From Chiloscyllium plagiosum (taxonomy: Eukaryota), in contig NC_057749.1 of the NCBI RefSeq assembly GCF_004010195.1, forward strand, positions 17,430,326-17,450,325: DNA of 20,000 bases, in the 5' to 3' direction. Under the pieces are notes generated by a model that was not told the DNA's origin, ran no database searches, and worked only from the letters and a program-made list of their open reading frames with translations. Below are positions 19,476-20,000 of the stretch, piece after piece (position 1 is the stretch's first letter; every line of letters begins with the position of its first letter). The translations under genes and the position numbers were made by a program.

Positions 19476-20000
19476 AAGAGTTCAGAAAAGATTTACAAGG
19501 ATGTTGCCAGGGTTGTAGGAGTTGAGCTATAGGGAGTGTTGCTGAACAAAGAGGCCTTGGAGTGCAGGTTCATAGCTCCTTGAAAGTGGAGTCGCAGGTA
19601 GATAGGATAGTGAAGAAGGCGTTTGTTATGCTTTCCTTTATTGGTCAGAGTATTGAGTACAGGAGTTGGGAGGTCATGTTGCGGCTGTACAGGACGTTGG
19701 TTAGGCCACTGTTGGAATATTGCGTGCAATTCTGGTCTCCTTCCTGTCGGAAGGATGTTGTGAAACTTGAAAGGGTTCAGAAAAGATTTACAAGGATGTT
19801 CCCAGGGTTGGGGGATCTGAGCTACAGGGAGAGGCTGAACAGGCTAGGGCTGTTTCCCTGGAGCGTCGGAGGCTGAGGGGTGACCTTATATAGGTTTACA
19901 AAATTATGAGGGGCATGGATAGGCTAAATAGACAAAGTCTTTTCCCTGGGGTCAGGGAGTTCAGAACTAGAAGGCATAGGTTTAGGGTGAGAGGGGAAAG
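19476..20000 (+). mobile_element. CR1 LINE fragment (runs off the window end) with a rearranged 5' junction
   Basis: LYRTLVRPLLEYCVQFWSPSCRKDVVKLERVQKRFTRMFPG; same subfamily as 13551-15348. Confidence 0.92.

Noticed and set aside
1..20000. Prokaryotic systems (CRISPR array, operons, retrons, group II introns)
   Set aside because: The sequence is a spliceosomal-intron vertebrate gene. No regularly spaced repeat-spacer array was seen, and the RT remnants are CR1/L2 and Penelope type.

Overview
Eukaryotic (vertebrate) genomic DNA, most likely a cartilaginous fish, inferred from the V-SINE/HE1-like, Deu-domain SINE, CR1 and Penelope repeat content. The + strand carries ten consecutive internal coding exons (1,318 nt, all GT-AG, phases consistent, no stops) of unconventional myosin IXA (MYO9A): distal tail, C1 zinc finger and most of the RhoGAP domain. 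The introns hold decayed CR1/L2-type LINEs, SINEs and a 5'-truncated Penelope-like element (RT + GIY-YIG). The most notable signal is two independent ~210-bp fold-back elements (1593-1802 and 17634-17850). Each has 83-84 bp inverted arms and a 14-bp target-site duplication, derives from the Penelope 3' end, and has its inversion junction at a minimal hammerhead ribozyme motif; the motif at 17691-17726 (- strand) has an intact core. There is also a near-perfect 568-bp tandem duplication inside a dead CR1. Most entries in the supplied ORF track are retroelement debris or spurious. Family assignments come from recalled motifs, not database searches.
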